In this document: one piece after another, positions 59,205 to 64,000 of the stretch
How positions within the stretch are numbered: position 1 is the first letter of the stretch
Layout: every line of letters starts with the position of its first letter
Source: Candidatus Eiseniibacteriota bacterium
Lineage (GTDB): Bacteria; Eisenbacteria; RBG-16-71-46; CAVPCR01
DNA length: 64,000 nucleotides
Assembly: GCA_963823555.1 (NCBI GenBank)
Contig: CAWGMA010000002.1
Span: 384,001-448,000, forward strand
Direction of reading: 5' to 3'
The notes under the pieces: model-generated
The model's database searches: none
Told to the model about the DNA's origin: nothing
What the model saw: only the letters and a program-made list of their open reading frames with translations
Position numbers and translations under genes: made by a program

Positions 59205-59561
59205 CTACTTACCCGGCCTTCGCCGCCGAGAAGCGGCGATGCTCGCACCATACCACGATGTCCGCCGTTTCCGAAGCATGGGCCACCACCATGTGGCTCA
59301 GGATGTGCTCGCCCAGCATGTTCACGATGTTCAGGATGATTGCAGGCAACAAGGGGATCACGACAACGGCGACCTGTGAAATTCGATCCGTGACAACTTC
59401 ATCAGCATAAGCCAGCTCGGCATTTCCATCAATCGGGGTCCGCTCGCCGTGAACGAGTACCAACACAGCCTGTAAAGCACGCAGGCGAGCACGGCGACCT
59501 TCTGCTTGTTCCTGCCTTGACCATGCTCTAGGATCCCGGATGCCTGCCGGCGGAGGGGTGC

Positions 59562-61262
59562 ATGAGGGCTCAGCGAAACATCTCGGTTCTGAGCATCGTG
59601 GTGTCGCTCGGGCTCCCGATGATGCCGGCCACCACCGCGGCGGATGCCGCCGCAGACGCCGCCGGCGAGCAGGAGTTCCTGCGCGAACGCGTCGAGGCGC
59701 TCGGCAGCGGGCGGCTCGATCGCGTCGAGGGAGCGACGATCGCCGCCGGCTCCCTCCTCGAGGAGTTCTACGCGCGGTGTGGGTTTCGCCCGGCATGGAC
59801 GGCCCCCGGGAAGCCCGATCAGCTCCTCGCCGCCATTCGCGCCATCGCCGATGACGGGCTCGACCCGGAGGACTATCACCTCTCGGTGCTCGAGACGGTC
59901 AAGGCCCGGATCCCGGCGGCGCCGGTGCCGGATCTTGCGCTCCGCGTCGATTACGATCTCCTCCTGACCGATGCCCTGGTGCGCCTCGGCTATCACGTGC
60001 TCTTCGGCAAGGTGGACTACGCCGAGTACGACGCCGACTGGAACTACAGTCGCGAGATCCACGACCTCGATCCGGCGGTGGCCATCCAGCAGGTGATCGA
60101 CGAGCCGGACATCGCCGCCGCCATCGAGCGCGAGAAGCCGTCCCACGCCGCGTACGCCGCGCTCCGGGCGCGTTACGTCCGCTATCGCGCGATCCGCGAT
60201 GCCGGGGGCTGGGGCCGGGTGGAGGAGGGGCCCACCCTGCGCCCCGGCGATGTCGATATCCGGGTGAACGCCGTGCGGAGCCGGCTGGTCACGACGGGCG
60301 ACCTGCCGGTGGCGGCAGGGTTCACACCCGGCGATGTGTACGACGATGCGCTCGCCGACGCCGTCCGCGCCTTTCAACGCCGCCATGGTCTCGATGCCGA
60401 CGCCGCCGTGGGGCCGCGCACGGTCGAGGAGATGAACGTCCCGGTGGAGGTTCGCCTCGATAAGATCCGCCTCAACCTCGAGCGCGAGCGATGGCTCCTG
60501 CACGATATCGGCGGTGAGTTCGTGATCGTCAACATTGCCGGCTTCGAGCTCTACTATGTCGAGGACGGCAAGGTGGTGTGGAAGACGCGCGTCCAGGTCG
60601 GGAAGCCTTACCGGAGCACGCCGGTCTTCCGCTCGGAGATCACCTATCTCGTCTTCAATCCCACGTGGACGGTGCCACCGGGGATTCTCGCCAACGACAT
60701 CCTGCCGGAGCAGAAGAACGATCCGGCGACCCTGTCGCGGAAGGGGCTCAAGATCCTCGACTCGAGCGGGCGGGAGATCGATCCCGCCACCATCGACTGG
60801 TCCCGGTATTCGGGCCGCGGCTTTCCCTACACCCTGCGGCAGGACCCTGGGCCGAAGAATGCTCTCGGCCGCGTCAAGTTCATGTTCCCCAACGAGCACG
60901 CCGTCTATCTCCACGACACGCCGAGCAAGAGCCTCTTCGAGAAGGAAGATCGCGCCTTCAGTTCGGGATGCATCCGGGTCGAGGAGCCGCTCCATCTCGC
61001 CGAGCTCCTCCTGCGTCACGAGCCGGGCTGGAGACGGAGCGCCATCGATTCGGCGATCGCCACCGGCGAGCTCCGATCGGTGACGCTTGCCACACCGGTC
61101 CCGATACTCCTGTCCTACTGGACGGCCTGGGTCGAGGAGGGTGCTCTCCAGTTCCGCCGCGATCTCTATGACCGGGACGCCAAGGTCCTGGCCGGTCTCA
61201 ACCAGCCCTTTCGCCTGAGAGCGCGCCATGAAACCAGACCTCATGCGGATCAGGCTCACTGA
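59562..61262 (+). CDS. L,D-transpeptidase (YcbB/LdtD-like), second copy
   Basis: Signal peptide; FQRRHGLDADAAVG, VNIAGF, NPTWTVP, NALGRVKFMFPN, YLHDTP, FSSGCIR. Confidence 0.92.
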   Translation: MRAQRNISVLSIVVSLGLPMMPATTAADAAADAAGEQEFLRERVEALGSGRLDRVEGATIAAGSLLEEFYARCGFRPAWTAPGKPDQLLAAIRAIADDGLDPEDYHLSVLETVKARIPAAPVPDLALRVDYDLLLTDALVRLGYHVLFGKVDYAEYDADWNYSREIHDLDPAVAIQQVIDEPDIAAAIEREKPSHAAYAALRARYVRYRAIRDAGGWGRVEEGPTLRPGDVDIRVNAVRSRLVTTGDLPVAAGFTPGDVYDDALADAVRAFQRRHGLDADAAVGPRTVEEMNVPVEVRLDKIRLNLERERWLLHDIGGEFVIVNIAGFELYYVEDGKVVWKTRVQVGKPYRSTPVFRSEITYLVFNPTWTVPPGILANDILPEQKNDPATLSRKGLKILDSSGREIDPATIDWSRYSGRGFPYTLRQDPGPKNALGRVKFMFPNEHAVYLHDTPSKSLFEKEDRAFSSGCIRVEEPLHLAELLLRHEPGWRRSAIDSAIATGELRSVTLATPVPILLSYWTAWVEEGALQFRRDLYDRDAKVLAGLNQPFRLRARHETRPHADQAH

Positions 61263-61488
61263 TCTGCGCCGGGAGCGCATGCTCCGCTCCCTCAAGAAGT
61301 TCTATGTCGAGAAGCTCGACCAGGAGATCGGCGATCTCGCGGCGGATCAGATCCTCGACTTCTTCGTCAAGGAGCTCGGCCCCGCGGTCTACAACCAGGC
61401 CATCCAGGACGCGCGGGCCTTCATCCAGGGCAAGCTCGATGACCTGGAAGGCGACTTCTACGAACCCGACGAACCCTACTCGCGCTAG
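61243..61488 (+). CDS. DUF2164 family protein
   Basis: EIGDLAADQILDFFVKELGPAVYNQAIQDA. Alternative start at 61228. Confidence 0.82.
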   Translation: MRIRLTDLRRERMLRSLKKFYVEKLDQEIGDLAADQILDFFVKELGPAVYNQAIQDARAFIQGKLDDLEGDFYEPDEPYSR

Positions 61489-61595
61489 GGGGGCGCGACC
61501 GCTGTCACAAACTCCTCTCCTCGCCGGCTCCCTCGGTGCGCTGGTCAGCCCGCCAGTGACGCCCGAGTGCTGCTCGGGAAGGAAAGGAGAGGAGC

Positions 61596-62351
61596 ATGCG
61601 ATACTCTGTTCACCTCACGGTCATGGCCCTGTTCTCCGCGGTGCTGGTCGGTGGCTGCTCCGAGGATCCGGCCGCGCCCGAAGCTGGCGCCCGCGCGGTC
61701 GTCCGGGAGGCCGGGCCCGAGCCGGACGACATCTCGGCCGAGGTCCTCGGTGCTCGCGGCATTCCCTTTGCCGAGACCCACGTCTTCTTCGAGTTCAACT
61801 CCACCGACAATGATCTCGGCTTCCAGCTGATGCTGGACGGCGACGAATGGCGTCGGGTGAACGTCTTCGATCCCGATGACAGCCGCATCCTCGACTTCAA
61901 GGCCAAAGGTCCCCTCCAGGAGCTCGGCCTGACCGAGCTGCGTTTCGAGAGCGCCGAGCCATCCCCCGGGGAGGTGCTGGCGCTCTTCGCCCCCGGGGAG
62001 TATTCCTTTGTCGGCGTCTCGGTCGATGGGGAACGGCTCGAGGGATCCGGGATGCTCTCGCATGATTTGCCGCCGGCGCCCGTGTTCGTCAGCCCGCCCG
62101 CCGGTGGGACCGTGGCGGCGGAGGACCTCGTCATCCGCTGGATCCCGAGCGGGGGTCTCGCGGGGTACGAGGTGATTCTCGTCAACGAGGACACGGGCGC
62201 CTCGATGACGGTAGAGCTCGATGGCGGAGCGACCTCGCTCGAGGTGCCGGCGGAGTTCGCCGCCGAGGACACGGAGTACAAGGCCGAGATCCTCTCCGTG
62301 GCCGTGAACGGCAACAAGACCATCACCGAGATCACGTTCTTCACCGAGTGA
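61596..62351 (+). CDS. Hypothetical lipoprotein with a C-terminal Fn3/Ig-like domain
   Basis: GAGGAG RBS, LVGGC lipobox, FFEFNSTDNDLGFQ, ELRFESAEP. Confidence 0.72.
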   Translation: MRYSVHLTVMALFSAVLVGGCSEDPAAPEAGARAVVREAGPEPDDISAEVLGARGIPFAETHVFFEFNSTDNDLGFQLMLDGDEWRRVNVFDPDDSRILDFKAKGPLQELGLTELRFESAEPSPGEVLALFAPGEYSFVGVSVDGERLEGSGMLSHDLPPAPVFVSPPAGGTVAAEDLVIRWIPSGGLAGYEVILVNEDTGASMTVELDGGATSLEVPAEFAAEDTEYKAEILSVAVNGNKTITEITFFTE

Positions 62352-62476
62352 GCAGGCCTCTGCGGGTGGTGCTGGGGACTGGGCTCGGCCCGCGGGAGCG
62401 GACCGGGCCCGATCCTTGCCGCGGTGGTAGGCTGACGGCCTCGAGCCGGTCGGTCGAGCAGCCGAAGGGAGTGATC

Positions 62477-63475
62477 ATGAGTCGGAATACCTGGCGCCTA
62501 CCCTTGCTCGTCTTCGTCACGTCGGTCACGTTTCACGCGGCGAGGGTGTCTCCTGCCGCTGCCGATCCCTTGCCCTCGTGGAACGAGGGGTCGGCCAAGG
62601 AGGCCATCGTCGAGTTCGTCGCGCGCGTGACGAAGGAGGGCGGCCCGGACTTCGTGCCGGTCGCCGAGCGGATCGCCGTCTTCGACAACGATGGCACGCT
62701 CTGGTCGGAGCAGCCTCTGTACTTCCAGCTCGCCTTCGCCCTCGACCGCGTCAAGGCGCTGGCCCCGGAGCATCCGGAGTGGCAGCAAGAAGAGCCCTTC
62801 CGGTCGGTGCTGGCGGGGGACATGGCCGGTGTTGAGGCCGCAGGCGAGAAGGGTCTGCTCGAGATCGTCGCCGCCAGCCATGCCGGCATGACCACCGAGG
62901 AGTTCGAGCGGACCGTCGAGGACTGGATCAAGACCGCGCGCCATCCCACGCTCGGACGTCCCTACACCGAGCTCACCTTCCAGCCGATGCGCGAACTCCT
63001 TTCCTACCTGCGCGCCAGCGGCTTCAAGACCTACATCGTATCCGGCGGCGGTGTCGAGTTCATGCGCCCGTGGACGGAGGAGGTCTATGGCATCCCCCCG
63101 GAGCAGGTCGTGGGAAGCAGCATCAAGACCAGGTATGAAGTGCGCGACGGCAAACCGGTCATCATGCGGCTCCCGGAGATCGACTTCATCGACGACAAGG
63201 CCGGAAAGCCGGTCGGCATCCACAAGTTCATCGGGCGCCGGCCGCTGGCCGCCTTCGGCAACTCGGATGGCGATTTCCAGATGCTCGAATGGACCACGTC
63301 GGCGCCTGGAGCGCGGCTCGCGATGATCGTCCATCACGATGACGCCAGGCGCGAGTGGGCCTACGATCGCGAATCGCATATCGGCCGGCTGGTTCGCGGT
63401 CTCGATGAGGGGGCGGCGCGGAACTGGACCATCATCAGCATGGCGCGGGATTGGAAAGCGATCTATGGCGAATAA
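62477..63475 (+). CDS. Secreted HAD-superfamily hydrolase (non-specific acid phosphatase-like)
   Basis: Signal peptide, DPLPSWN, VFDNDGTLW (DxDGT), IVSGGG, FGNSDGD. Confidence 0.9.
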   Translation: MSRNTWRLPLLVFVTSVTFHAARVSPAAADPLPSWNEGSAKEAIVEFVARVTKEGGPDFVPVAERIAVFDNDGTLWSEQPLYFQLAFALDRVKALAPEHPEWQQEEPFRSVLAGDMAGVEAAGEKGLLEIVAASHAGMTTEEFERTVEDWIKTARHPTLGRPYTELTFQPMRELLSYLRASGFKTYIVSGGGVEFMRPWTEEVYGIPPEQVVGSSIKTRYEVRDGKPVIMRLPEIDFIDDKAGKPVGIHKFIGRRPLAAFGNSDGDFQMLEWTTSAPGARLAMIVHHDDARREWAYDRESHIGRLVRGLDEGAARNWTIISMARDWKAIYGE

Positions 63476-64000
63476 GACAGGAAGCGCTGGTGCCGGCGGG
63501 CGCCTGGTCGCGGCCGTCCTCATGGCGATGGTGATCGCGCTGCCGGCTGGGGCGGAGACCTCGGACTCCATTCCCCGCGGCGGATTCGAGCTCCACTACC
63601 GGGTCGTCGGCGATGGCGGGCCCTTCGTGGTCATGCTCTCTGGTGGCCCCGGCCTGGACGTCGACTACATGGCGTCGGTCACCGACGTGCTCGCGAAGTC
63701 CCATCGCTGCGTGCTCCTCGAGCAGCGGGGCACCGGGCGATCGCGGCTCCCGGTCATCGACGAGACGACGATCAACTGGGAGGCCTACCTTGGCGATCTG
63801 GAAGCCCTGCGCGAGGACCTCGGCGAGGAGAAGCTGACGCTCCTCGGTCACTCCTGGGGGATGACCTACGCCCTTGCCTATGCCGGGACCCATCCGGATC
63901 GAGCCCGGGGCGTGGTGACGATGGGATCTGCTCCCATCACGGCCGATTACATGCAGGTCTTTGGTGACAACCGGAACTCGCGTCTCTGGCCGGCCGAGCG
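63465..64000 (+). CDS. Alpha/beta hydrolase (proline iminopeptidase-like), truncated by the right edge
   Basis: Not in the ORF track; translated by hand: signal peptide, LSGGPG, EQRGTGRS, GHSWG nucleophile elbow. Confidence 0.85.
   Translation, partial: MANKTGSAGAGGRLVAAVLMAMVIALPAGAETSDSIPRGGFELHYRVVGDGGPFVVMLSGGPGLDVDYMASVTDVLAKSHRCVLLEQRGTGRSRLPVIDETTINWEAYLGDLEALREDLGEEKLTLLGHSWGMTYALAYAGTHPDRARGVVTMGSAPITADYMQVFGDNRNSRLWPAE

Noticed and set aside
59278..59379. His/Asp/Gln-rich small ORF (MGHHHVAQDVLAQHVHDVQDD...)
   Set aside because: This composition is the expected antisense shadow of the Val/Ile/Met/Leu-rich frame on the minus strand, and there is no RBS. Neither strand can be supported as a gene.

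Overview
High-GC bacterial window. The abundance of secreted proteins with a C-terminal FlgD-Ig/T9SS-like domain, plus a TTWGxIK tail, suggests an FCB-superphylum candidate lineage such as Eisenbacteria, Krumholzibacteria or Latescibacteria (inference only). The left two-thirds carries: a RecD2 helicase (one frameshift), an ECF sigma/ZAS anti-sigma pair, an ABC ATPase with a permease-M1 peptidase fusion, a serpin, sdhA-C-D-B, MFS transporters, cutA, bactofilin, two GT-C glycosyltransferases related to eukaryotic O-mannosyltransferases (DUF2723/TMEM260-like and TMTC-like), a molybdopterin oxidoreductase and five CTD-tagged surface proteins, two of them tandem choice-of-anchor-B paralogues. The 40-49 kb stretch is mosaic. 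It holds a minus-strand cluster of N-formylglutamate amidohydrolase, a QEGLA/MATCAP-type metallocarboxypeptidase and a GshB-like ATP-grasp ligase, all broken by many single-base insertions that are probably read errors. These are followed by a chlI/chlD-like AAA+ and vWA gene split by a probable programmed -1 frameshift at A_AAA_AAA, the strongest finding here. Several gene remnants lie at 48.3-49.2 kb. The right end has an LprI-MliC lysozyme inhibitor, two L,D-transpeptidases, an ATP-dependent DNA ligase, rmuC, a Pol-beta nucleotidyltransferase, a symporter-SBP fusion, a HAD phosphatase and an alpha/beta hydrolase. I saw no rRNA, tRNA, CRISPR array or intact mobile element. All family calls are from motif recognition by eye, with no database search.
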